Source of the DNA: Octopus bimaculoides
Lineage: Eukaryota
Assembly (NCBI RefSeq): GCF_001194135.2
Contig: NC_068981.1
Location: 121,378,131 to 121,442,130, forward strand
Direction of reading: 5' to 3'
DNA: 64,000 nt
The notes under the pieces are model-generated. The model searched no databases, was not told the DNA's origin, and saw only the letters and a program-made list of their open reading frames with translations. Each line of letters begins with the position of its first letter. Position 1 is the stretch's first letter. Shown piece after piece: positions 53,420-64,000 of this stretch. A program made the position numbers and the translations under genes.

Positions 53420-53617
53420 GTTTTAAGATTTGGCACAAGGCGAGCACATTCGGGGAAGGGGATAAGTCAACCCCATTGCTGAACTGGTATTTTATCGACC
53501 CCGAAAGGATGAAAGCAAAGTCGGTCTCAGCGGAATTTGAAGTCAGACCGTAAACTAGGGAAGATTGGTGCTATAAGTTTTGTCCGGCGCGGTAACAATT
53601 CGGCCAGTTCGCTACCT
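53420..53617 (-). mobile_element. SINE family B
   Basis: ttttatcgaccccgaaaggatgaaag core, ggccagttcgctacc head. Confidence 0.85.
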
Positions 53618-53637
53618 TAGGACAGATATAAATATTA

Positions 53638-53849
53638 GTTTCAAATTTTGACACAACGTCAGTAATTTCGGTAAAGCGCGTAAGCCGAATACGTCGACGC
53701 CTTTGCTCAACTGGTACTTATTTTATCGATGTTCAAAATGATGAATGCAAAAGTCGACCTCCGTGGAATTTGAAATCAGAACATAAAGGCGGACAAAATG
53801 CCGTTAGCATTTTGCCCGACATGATAACGATTCTGTCAGCTCACCGCCC
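53638..53849 (-). mobile_element. SINE family B, tandem to the previous copy
   Basis: caactggtacttattttatcga core, gtcagctcaccgccc head. Confidence 0.85.
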
Positions 53850-55406
53850 TAGGAAGCAGAGATATATTGAAATGGGACTGAAGAAGGGAGAAACACAGTA
53901 ATTTGACGTCATGGAAATGTGCCGACGCTGTTATCACACTCGTTTTACTATCTCCATCTCTATGGCTCTCTTCTCAATATGCCTTTTATTACATGGCTGT
54001 CTTCTACTTTCATGTAGAAAGAGAGAGGGAGAGAGAGAGGGAGAGAGAGAAAGACAGAGAGAGATGCGAAGATAGGATATGAGAAAGTGAGAGAAAGAGA
54101 GAGAGAGAAAGAGAGAGTGGGGGAGGGAGGAAACGACAAAATAGGTACTAGTTGATGAATGGGGTCGATTTCATCGACCTAATCCCTTTCCTGAACATGC
54201 TGGGCTTGTGCCGCAATTGGAAACCAATATCTTAAATAAGCATATTACCGCACATATTCAGAAAAAAGCCATGATCATTTTCATGGTATCCAGTACCTAA
54301 CTGATACTTTATTTTATCTGTTCTAGACGTCACTCTGTAAAGGCTGTCGAACAAGCTATATGGAAGAATGTAACCAGGTACCTCAATATATTTGGTATGA
54401 TTTTTGTTTTACTCATTACATTTTTCACAGTCAACTAGGAGATGACATATTAAAAACAACCACAATTTGATGATCGAAGTCTATCGTTTCAGTACTAATC
54501 AGGTTACTATGATATTGTAGCCAATGAAACGGGACTAGCTATTTCTCGCGCATGAGAAATCTTTATCCTTCGAGCTTTGACAGTCGAGATGTTTGTCATC
54601 TGGAACTTATAAGAAATAATAAATCGACCTAAAGAGATACTATTATTTGACGTTTAAACGCAATAATAGCAGAATCTTTGGAATCTATATTTCATACTTA
54701 TCAAATGGTGCTGTTAAAGATCTTGTTTTAATCTATCTTATGTAAATCTGTCCAACAGTAAAAGATTGACTCTATCAGATCTGTTTCTAATACTCGTAAA
54801 GTTCCAGTAATTATTGATATTTCTCACATTTGTCTGCTTATGTCCAAACAAAATATATGAAAACTATTGAGCTGATAAAATAATGTGTTATGTTAGTAAG
54901 TTGTTGTGAAAGCTGCAGGTGGTTTATTTAAATTTAGATGAAATGCAAAGTTTAATTCAGGTATAACTAAGAATATGTGAGTATGTATTTAATTAGAACT
55001 TAAGATGCAACTGTGATACAGGTGTACATATATTATTACTTACAGATGTATAAGTATATATATATNNNNNNNNNNNNNNNNNNNNNNNNNNNNNNNNNNN
55101 NNNNNNNNNNNNNNNNNNNNNNNNNNNNNNNNNNNNNNNNNNNNNNNNNNNNNNNNNNNNNNNNNNNNNNNNNNNNNNNNNNNNNNNNNNNNNNNNNNNN
55201 NNNNNNNNNNNNNNNNNNNNNNNNNNNNNNNNNNNNNNNNNNNNNNNNNNNNNNNNNNNNNNNNNNNNNNNNNNNNNNNNNNNNNNNNNNNNNNNNNNNN
55301 NNNNNNNNNNNNNNNNNNNNNNNNNNNNNNNNNNNNNNNNNNNNNNNNNNNNNNNNNNNNNNNNNNNNNNNNNNNNNNNNNNNNNNNNNNNNNNNNNNNN
55401 NNNNNC

Positions 55407-56312
55407 ATATGAAGAAAAGAAGGGTAAAGATGCCGCTTGCTAAAAATCAAATCGACAGCTTCAAAAAACAACCAATGCACACATGAGCAATGCAATCAAT
55501 ATTTAAAATAGGCCTACCTTCAGAATGGAATTTTAAGATAGTTAATATATATCCCCAGATCAATTGATTTCATTGCTCTGCAATCATCGGTTGGAAATAG
55601 TATTTGACATCTATTTCTAAAATATTCACTACGTCACCTTGTGTGCATTTCTAACTTTAAACGTCTCGCTTCGTTTAAAAAGAAACTATCGCAAACAATA
55701 AAAATGTAAATATGCAAAGTATTATTACCGTAGAATTGGTGGTTTTTTGAAGCTATCGCTTTGATTTCTTTGCAAGCGGTATCATTACCATTCTTTTCTT
55801 CATATATTTTATATTATACCTGTGTAGGTAGAAGTCCTGCTACCTACCTCTTTATTACTATTTTAACGGTAATAATACTTCACATATTTATACTTTTATT
55901 GTTTACGATAGTTTCTTTTTAAACGAAGCGGGACGTTTAAAGTTAGAAATGCACACAAGGTGACGTAGTGAATATTTTAGAAATAGACGTCAAATACTAT
56001 TTCCAACCGATGATTGCAGAGCATGTTTGTCATACATAGCATGAAATCAATCGATATTGGGATATATATCAACTATCTTCATATTCCATTCTGAAGGTAG
56101 ACCTATTTTTTTTTATATTCATTGAATTGTTCGTGTGTGTATTTATCGTGGAATTGGTGGTTTTTGAAGCTATCGCTTTGATTTTTAGCCAGCTGTAACT
56201 TTACTCTTCTTTTCTTCAAATATTTTATATTATACCTGAATAGGTTGAAATCTTGCTAGCCACCTCTTTATTACTGTTTTAACGGTAATAATACTTCATA
56301 TATTTACATTTT
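55407..56312. repeat. Composite inverted/direct repeat P-R-(P'C)-R'-(P'C)
   Basis: R ~55477-55731 inverted to R' 55866-56149; P 55407-55476 inverted to 55734-55805; direct repeat 55734-55890 / 56152-56312 (period 418). Confidence 0.9.
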
Positions 56313-56399
56313 TTAAAAATATATATATATATATATTACGTTTATGTAAAACAAAAACAGGAAGAGACTAAACAGAACAGGAGAGAAACGTGGGATGGA

Positions 56400-57640
56400 G
56401 AATCACGGAAATGGTCACAGGATGTGTGACGATAGATTTGGGGCAAAGTACATTAAAATAACAACAAACTATTATAAAATAATAAGAGTTGAACTTGGAA
56501 AGTACTTAGAAACAAAAAATGGAACATTACTGCATGTATTAAAGCAACACGAGAAAAAGAAAACGCTTTTCTCTATACACAAGGAGACGACAAAATACAA
56601 AACAAGCAAACTACACTGATAAACTGATCTCAGATGACAACATAGCAGAAATGGTTAAAGAGACAGAAAACAACATAGACACAGAATTAGAAAAGATACT
56701 GATGTAGAAATGGAGAGAAAAATCTCTGAACGACCAATAACCTGCAAAGCTTGAGAGAGAGGAATTGAGCTTTGGTTAAAAACCAAAACTGGTTAAAAAG
56801 CTCTGGACTAGAAGCTGAAACGGAAGGATCGATTCTTACTGCACACGATTAACAATTATAAAAGCAAAATAATGAAAACAGACTCTAACACTAAAGCAGA
56901 ATTTGCAACCAGCACAATGAGACAGTTAACCACATCATCTCTGGATGTCCAGTCCTTGCCAAATCTGAACATATATATACGACACTACCGAGTAAGTAGC
57001 TATACTCACTGGAGAATATGCCAACATTACAACATTAAAACTTACAATAGGTAGTATAAACATGTGCCAAACAAGGTGCAAGACAACGATCAATCAACAA
57101 TCATCTGGGATATGCCGGTTAAAATCCATAAAGATAAAAGCTAGTCGCTTAGACATAATAATCAAGGATTGGGGAAAAAACACCTACTCACTGATAGATA
57201 TTGCAGTCCCTTTTGATCAAAATATTGTCCAAAAAGAAGTGGAGAAATTGTCAGTCAAAGAATTTGACAAAATCAGTAAATATAAAGACTTGCTAATAGA
57301 AATTGAAAAAATGTGGCATCTCAAGGCGACTACCAGCGATTGTAGGATATCTAGAAATAATAAAAAAAGGTACTGAAACCTATTTGAAAATGATACCAGG
57401 CCTACCATCCTTACAAGAAGTGCAAAAAATCGTGTTAACTGGAACGACTCATGTACTAAGAAGAGCATTATCGCTGTGATAACAACATCTAGTCATGAAT
57501 TTATTTATTTATTTATTTTTTTACATACTTATTTTACTTTTGAATTTGCGTGTGTAAACTGGGAATGCATACAATGAGCTTCTCTGCCCTAGGGGTACGG
57601 AAAACACTAGGCGAGAAATGGAAGAAAATTTGAAGATGGA
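56400..57640 (+). mobile_element. 3' part of R4/Dong-like REL LINE (second family)
   Basis: WLKSSGLEAETEG, ETVNHIISGCPVLAK, HWRICQHY, RLDIII...LIDIAVPFD, KYKDLLIEIEKMW, VQKIVLTGTTHVLRRAL*. Confidence 0.88.
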
Positions 57641-57654
57641 AGAAAAAAATAGTA

Positions 57655-57748
57655 ATCCTTTTTACTATGGGTACAAGGCCTGAAATTGGGAAGGAGGGGA
57701 CTAGTCGATTACATCAACCACAGTGTTTATCGACCCCAAAAGGATAAA
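57655..57748 (-). mobile_element. SINE family B 3' fragment
   Basis: caaggcctgaaatt...agtcgattacatcaac...atcgacccc. Confidence 0.7.
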
Positions 57749-57764
57749 ATAATCATAATAATAG

Positions 57765-57970
57765 GCTCTCATGGCTTCGGATCATAACTGCTTGGAAGTG
57801 TTATCATGTACCCTATGCGCTGTTTATCTTAATATAAGATAACCATATCGTGCACATATGGTTGTGATGTATGTTCCTGGTTTAGCTTATTAGGCGGGTA
57901 GTCATGATGAGTATACTGGACTTCGTATATTTTATCCCAGTGTCACATTCATAGCGTGAACTGCTCTCAC
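57765..57970 (+). mobile_element. Dispersed repeat, LINE 3'-tail-like; homologous to 62895-63045
   Basis: Shared tagtcatgatg.gtata.tgg.cttcgtatatttta.cccagtgtcac. Confidence 0.65.
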
Positions 57971-57971
57971 T

Positions 57972-58470
57972 GCTTTGCCATAAGGCTAGCTGTACAACGC
58001 CAAAGAAAGTTAAACATTTGTTCTTCCTCTTTTATTTATTTTTGTTTTGTTTAACTTCTCCAAATATTCCTATCTAGCTACTGTAATGAAACGACCGCTT
58101 TACTAGCAGTACAACGCCAAATAAATTTAGTTAAACATTTGTTCTTCCTCTTTTATTTATTATTTTTTGTTTATTTTCTCCAAATATTTCCAAGTAGCTA
58201 TACTAATAAAAAGAGCCGTTGCCATGAGACTACAACTACAACGCCAAAGAAATTTAGTTCTTCCTGGTTTCTATTTTTTTTCTGTTTATCCTCTTCAAAT
58301 ATTCTTATCTAGCTACTGTAATGCAAAGACCGCTTTGCCATGAGGCTATCAGTACAACTCCAAAGAATGTTAGTTAAACGTTTGTTCGTCCTCTTTTCTT
58401 TATTGTTTTGTTATCTTTTCCAAATATTCCTATCTAGACACTGTAATGAAAAGACCGCTTTGCCATAAGA
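57972..58470. repeat. Minisatellite, 4 units of 115-125 bp plus a partial unit
   Basis: Units start ~57972, 58097, 58217, 58332, 58457; recurring tacaac.ccaaa, tt.tccaaatatt, tagctactgtaatg. Confidence 0.92.
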
Positions 58471-58479
58471 CCGATGCGC

Positions 58480-61400
58480 CCACCCTCTTTACACCCACCA
58501 CATTTTCCCTGCATTCAAACTGGGAGCGAGGCAATTAATCCATTTTTTCTTCGGTCGGGACGTTGGCGTCTAAACTGACAATCCCGCAGAACTTGCTCTC
58601 TGAGGAGAGTGTACGATTCTTGCTATTTTGACACCCTACAGGAAGAAAAACAAGACCATTATAAAGGCTAATGAACACTTACGAGGCAATGACCACTAAA
58701 ACAGCATATACCTAAGAGGCAGAAGCAATCAGAACGCTTGAACACCCCTTCTAGGAGACGGAAACTTCAAAAATTAAACCAGGATTACAGGATTCCTATA
58801 TCCTAGGGTGGAAATCCTGTCAGTGATGGTGTCACGGGGAAACAATACTGGTGGTTGTGCAACCTAAAATTCACTAACCCTCATCATGAGTGTTGAAATA
58901 TTAAATAAAAATAGAAATGAGAACGGAGTGAATGAGGCTGGGACACCTTGTGAAAGTCTCTCGCCCGGCGGGTGCCCCATTAGTGAGCAGCGTGCACCCA
59001 GTCATCATCAAACAACTGCTAAAAGAAGGTGGACAAAAGAAATGAATGCGGTTGTAATGGAGTGCTACTTTCTGGGTAATCGGGAAAATGATAATGAAGT
59101 ACCCGCTAGGGAATATAGTAAAAGAATGCACAGAGCATGGAACGACAGAGGCCTATTTTGAATTAAGTGAACAAAATCTGTGTGACCAGACTAGAGCCTT
59201 CAGAAAGAATGAATGGTTATCTCCAGTTGAACCAGAAAGCATTAAGAGACGGGTGTTTGGGTATAGTAAGACCAGCGGTGAACGGAAGGATGAGGAAGGG
59301 AATGCAGATAGTGAAACTATGGCAGTCGAGTTAAAGGAAGGAAACGAGCATGAGATTGAGATTATTGATTCGGAAAGCGATGAGAGAACCGAGGAACAGA
59401 TATCAATTGTATATGAAATCATTGATATTTGGACTTCTGGTGAACAGAGCTTTCATACGGGGTTTAAAAGAAGTAGACTCAAAGAAACTCAATGAATGGG
59501 TCAGGAAGATAAATGATATCACGGGACTGACAACATCACAGACACCAACAATCTGATAAATGCAATCTCGATCTGTATAGCCCGGAAGTTAGGTTTGAAA
59601 GCCAAGGCGGAAAAGGAGAATAACGCAGTCTGTTAACGAGACCAGAAAACATTAATATTCTGGAACCGAAAAAAATAAATGAAGTTCAGCGTGAGAAAAA
59701 TGTTGAGCTAGATAGGAAGTATAGAGTGAAGAGAAAGGGAATGAATGTTGTGATTGAGGAATTAAAACAGCGGTTGAAAGCTAAAGCACATAAACTAAAG
59801 AGGTATGATCAGAGAATTGAGCAATACAGATTAAACAGATTTTTCAAACAAAATCAGAAATGAGTCTACCAGGAACTGATGTGAAAGAAAAAGATGAAAA
59901 AGCCCTGCCTGATGCTGAAGAAAGCAAAAGATTCTGGTCAAACATATAATCTCAGGAGAAACAATACGAAACTGAAGCAGAGTGGTTTAAGACACTCAAA
60001 GAGGAGGATGGGGAATACCAGGAGAAGGATTTGAGAATAACCGAGGTGGTGATTAGAGATCAGTGCAGGAAAATTCCTAGCTGGAAAGTGCCTGGCCCAG
60101 ATGGGGTTCAGGGCTTTTGACAGCTCTGCACAGGAGAATTATTTTCTACTCTAAGCACAAGGCCCGAAATTTGTGGGGAGGGGTCCAGTTGATTATATCG
60201 ACCCCAGTACGCAACTGGTACTTAATTTATCGACCCCGAAAGGATGAAAGGCAAAGTCAACCTCGGCGGAATTTGAACTCAGAACGTAACGACAGACGAA
60301 TACCGCTAATCATTTCGCTCGGTGTGCTAACGATTCCGCCAGCTCACCGCCCTTTCTCCACAGGAGAATTGCGAGACAGATGGACGAAATATTAAGTAGT
60401 GACATCCGAGTACCGGCCTAGATGACAAAAGGAAGAACTATGCCAGAGGACCCAAATAAAGAGAATGCGGTTGGAAATTTCCGACCAATATCTTGTTTAC
60501 CACTCATGTGGAAACTGATGACGGGCATCATATCAAACAGCATCTATGAGTACCTAGGTGAGAACGACCTACTACCAGTGGAACAAAGAGTGTGTAGATG
60601 TAAGAGCAGAGGAGCGAAGGGTCAATTACTAATCGATAAGGCTATCCTGGGTGACTGCAAGAAGAGACTCAACATTTTGGCGATGGCATGAGTGGACTAC
60701 AGGAAAGCATATGACATGGTCCTACACTCATGGATTATTGAATGCCTTAAACTGTTTAAGGTCTCCCACAATATCCTGAAGTGAATACAAAACTCAATGA
60801 CAACGTGGCGAACTGAACTCACAGGATGGGGAGATAAGCTGGGAGAGGTAAATATCAAAAGGGGGTTCTTTGAAGACGACAGTCTTTCGCCTCTCCTATT
60901 TGTTGTCTGCATAATGTCAGTAACGAGCGTTTTAAGAAAGATGTATGGTGGGTACATGCTACGCAGAGTGAAAGTAAACAACCTCTAGTTTTATGGATGA
61001 CTTAAAGCTATTCGCTGAGACTGAATAAGAAACTGAGGGTTTGACGGCAACTGTGCAGATGATTTGCAAAGATATTGGCATAGAATTTGAGATCGAGAAA
61101 TGTGGTGTAATGATTATCAAAGTGGGGAGATCAGTAAAAGCCACGGGATCAAAATGGAAAGTGGTGAAACTATAAATGAAGTCGGAGAGGAAGGATATAA
61201 GTACGATGAATGAACACAAGATGAAATAAATGTACAGGAAAGAGTATTTGAGTAGAACTCGGCTTGTGCTCCAATCGAAGCTAAATGGCTGCTATAAGAT
61301 TAGAGCAATTAACACGTGGGCGGTTGCTTTGATGAGACATGGGCAGGACTAATATCTTGGAAGAAGCATGAATTAGAAGAGATAGACTGCAGAACACGTA

Positions 61401-62460
61401 AATTAATGACAATGAACCAGGAACTACATCCCAAGAGTGATGCGTCAAGATTGTATGTAAAGAGGAAAGGAGGACGGTGATTGGTGTGCTGTGATGGTTG
61501 TGTAAGGGAGAAGGAAAATAGCCTGGTTTGGTATGTCAAGGGGAGTAAAGAAGAAATGAATGAAGCAGTGAAAATGCAGGGAACCTTAAAAATGAACGAC
61601 GCCTTAGATCTAATACAATTTAAGAAAGACCAGAGAGAGTAGATGAAGAAAATTTGGCTGGACAAAATAATGTACAGTCAGTTTTTGAAGGATAAAGATG
61701 AGATTCATTGGAATAGAACCTGGCAATGGCTGCAGAATGGAGACTTAAAAGGGCTTACTGTGGCATTAGTATGTAGCGCTCATGAACAAGCTCTCAGAAC
61801 AACCTACTTCAAATATCACATTGATAAAAGCACTCGCCACAGTGTAGGATGTGCTCTGAGAAGGGAGAAAGTATGAGCCATATTGTTAGTGAGTGGGGTA
61901 AGCTCGCAAAACGCGAATACAAAAGGAGACACGACAATGTTGCCGGATATGTCCACTGGCTGTTGTGCGGTAAAGCAATACTCGAGAGAGCCGAACAAAG
62001 GTATGAGCAGAAGCCAGGGGGAGTAATGGAAAATGAACTTTACAAAATGCTCTGATATTTGAAAATGCAGTACGACCAAATCATAGAGGCGAGACGACCA
62101 GATATCGTGCTCATCCATAACGATGAAAAAGAAGTACAGATAATAGCAGGCGATTCGAGGATGAAATATAAGGAAACAGAAAAGATTAAGAAATACCAGC
62201 CACTCCGGGACGAGATAGGAAAGTTATGGGACATAAGGAAAGTAATAATGATACCGGTGGTAATTGGAGCATTTGGAGCAGTTTCAAAGGGCTTTGAAAA
62301 ACATTAAAAATATTGGAGCTGCTGTCAGGCGCGAGGTGATCCAGAAGGCAGTATTGTTGAGTACAGCTCGCATTCTAACGAGAGTATTGTCTATTTGAGT
62401 CACAAGAGAAGACACTACTTGAAACGTTTGGTGATTTGTTATTGCCTGCTTTTAAATAAA
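58480..62460 (+). mobile_element. Near full-length but inactivated R4/Dong-like non-LTR retrotransposon (RT + CCHC + REL)
   Basis: ATG 58886; RRWTKEMNAVVMECY; KVPGPDGVQGF; [14 protein letters not shown]; DYRKAYDMV; DSLSPLLFV; FMDDLKLF (~60995); HEQALRT; RRHDNVA; RPDIV...EKIKKYQPL; ends RVLSI* ~62398; many stops and frameshifts. Confidence 0.92.
60141..60355 (-). mobile_element. Full-length SINE family B inserted in the LINE RT, with TSD
   Basis: CACAGGAGAATT at 60129-60140 and 60359-60370; complete head, core and tail. Confidence 0.93.
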
Positions 62461-62494
62461 GAGTAACCGGTAATTAACTATCCGAGAGTCTTTC

Positions 62495-62605
62495 AGAATA
62501 ACAACAACAGCTGAAACCACCACTGCAACAACAACAATAACAACAACAGCAGCAGCAACAACAACAACAACAACAACAAAAACAACAAAAGCAACAAGAA
62601 TAATA
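62495..62605. repeat. (AAC/AGC/AAT)n tract just 3' of the LINE
   Basis: Directly visible. Confidence 0.9.
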
Positions 62606-62644
62606 ATAAAAGATGGACTATAGCAAATATTCTGCTCCATACCA

Positions 62645-63070
62645 CAGATTTCCTTGTCAGTTGTTTGACGTTAACCCTGACCCTTAGTGACTGGGAATAT
62701 GTGCATTTCTGATCACCAGCGGTAGTAGTGGGGAAGCATCATAGCCATGTGTTCAAAGAAATTTTGTGGGGTTTGAATAATTCACCTTTGAAAACATGAA
62801 TGTTTCGTTCAATATCCTTAAACAGCCCTTATTCAGTGGTCTTTTGAGCGGGATGGGCTACTCGACCTCAAGAAAATTCTAACTGGGCCTCACCCGCAAG
62901 ATCATGCACTGTTTATCTTGATATAATATCGCCATGTCGCGCACAAATGGTTATGATGCATGTGCTTGGATAGTCATGATGGGTATATTGGGCTTCGTAT
63001 ATTTTACCCCAGTGTCACTTTCATGGCATGCATTGCTCTCTCAATACTACTACTACTACTACTACTACTG

Positions 63071-63136
<66 letters not shown>

Positions 63137-63150
63137 GTAATAATAATAAT
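62645..63150 (+). mobile_element. Dispersed repeat, LINE 3'-tail-like, followed by (CTA)n(TAA)n
   Basis: Homology to 57765-57970; ends in trinucleotide tail 63045-63150. Confidence 0.6.
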
Positions 63151-63489
63151 CGTATATTACTTCTTTATATTCTTCCCGGTTCCATTTCTTTTACATTTTT
63201 GATTTTGCGGTCGTTGTGGTGGTGAACTTTGGGACAAATCCCGTCTAAGTGACCTTCCAGGTTCGTATTCAGGGAAGACATTCTGCCATTTGAAAATTTT
63301 TAGCCGTCAGGCTGACATCTTCCTGACAGGCGCGCTTCCATTATAACCATTGAACAAGCGATTCGGTGTACTGTTTGAAATTTTCTTTTCTTTTTAAGTA
63401 AAGTAAAATTATTATTAAATTTTCATTTATTTTATCTTCTATGTATTTTTTAACCACTAATCTTCATACAGGGGCCACATTTATCATCA

Positions 63490-63830
63490 TTAACAGCAAC
63501 AGCAGCACCGGTAGTTGTAGTAGCAGCAGCAATATCACTATCAGCAGCAGCAGTGGCAGTGGTAATAGTAGTAGTGGTGGCAACAGCAACAGCAGCAGTA
63601 GTAGCAATGGTAGCAGTAGCAGCAGCAGCTGTGGTAGTATTAGTAGCAGCAGTGGCAGTAGTAGCAATGGTAGCAGTAGCAGCAGCAGCTGTGGTAGTAT
63701 TAGTAGCAGCAGTGGCAGCAGCAGCGGTGGTAGCAGCAGTAGTAACAGCAACAGCAGCAGTGGTAATAATAACAGTAGTAGTGACAGCAGCTGCAGCGGT
63801 AGCAGCAGCAGTAGTAGTAGTAGTAGTAGT
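63490..63830. repeat. (AGC/AGT)n low-complexity tract with a 60-bp tandem duplication
   Basis: 63601-63660 and 63661-63720 differ at one base. Confidence 0.95.
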
Positions 63831-64000
63831 AAGTGCGGATCTATTTCAAAACGGGGCACCAGTATTTTCTTAACGAAACACTAACGAAACACTTTGAAAC
63901 TTGGGACACTGGTAGAATGTGTCATATAAAACATCTTTTACTCTTAGTCTTCTTAACAAAAAAACGTACATCGCAAGTTATTCCATGTTAAAGTTGTCGT

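Noticed and set aside
1551-55495. Long ORFs spanning N-runs or (AT)n/(CA)n tracts
   Set aside because: Open only because of Ns and dinucleotide repeats (IYIY, HTHT, CVCV); not coding evidence.
57972-58470. CRISPR-like array
   Set aside because: Eukaryotic context; whole units are homologous with no unique spacers.
5601-60355. tRNA genes
   Set aside because: All A/B-box sequences are SINE heads lacking a full cloverleaf acceptor stem.
63441-63884. Poly-Ser/Leu/Ala ORFs and the GTAAGT after the tract
   Set aside because: (AGC/AGT)n artefact; the donor-like motif is expected by chance after AGT runs.
63830-64000. Possible start of a DNA transposon (duplicated AACGAAACACT)
   Set aside because: Truncated by the window end; no TIR partner or ORF visible.

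Overview
Eukaryotic, AT-rich, microsatellite-dense scaffold with 13 N-gaps (1669-2160, 4074-4350, 13220-13376, 17511-17841, 20980-21444, 25942-26096, 32772-33415, 34034-34124, 36926-37095, 37853-38529, 45802-46133, 51485-51689, 55066-55405). The SINE families resemble octopus repeats, so an octopus genome is inferred but not verified by search. No intact host protein-coding gene is recognisable; the window reads as intergenic or deep intronic. Contents: about 20 copies or fragments of four tRNA-derived SINE families (here A-D); decayed retroelements (Ty3/gypsy integrase with PPT and LTR start, four REL-endonuclease LINE loci of the R4/Dong/NeSL group including a near full-length one, a HERO-like LINE, RTE fragments, Penelope-like pieces); an internally deleted Tc1/mariner; a hAT-like MITE; and several tandem arrays. 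The most unusual signals are structural: (i) two unrelated loci (10085-10763 and 55407-56312) share the same 'inverted copy + direct-repeat-bounded copy' architecture, one flanked by a 13-bp TSD-like repeat; (ii) a degenerate minimal type I hammerhead ribozyme in a Penelope-like terminus (8017-8062, minus); (iii) several long inverted repeats, including a perfect 68-bp-arm palindrome and two back-to-back long hairpins. All family names come from motif recognition by eye; element boundaries are approximate unless stated exactly.
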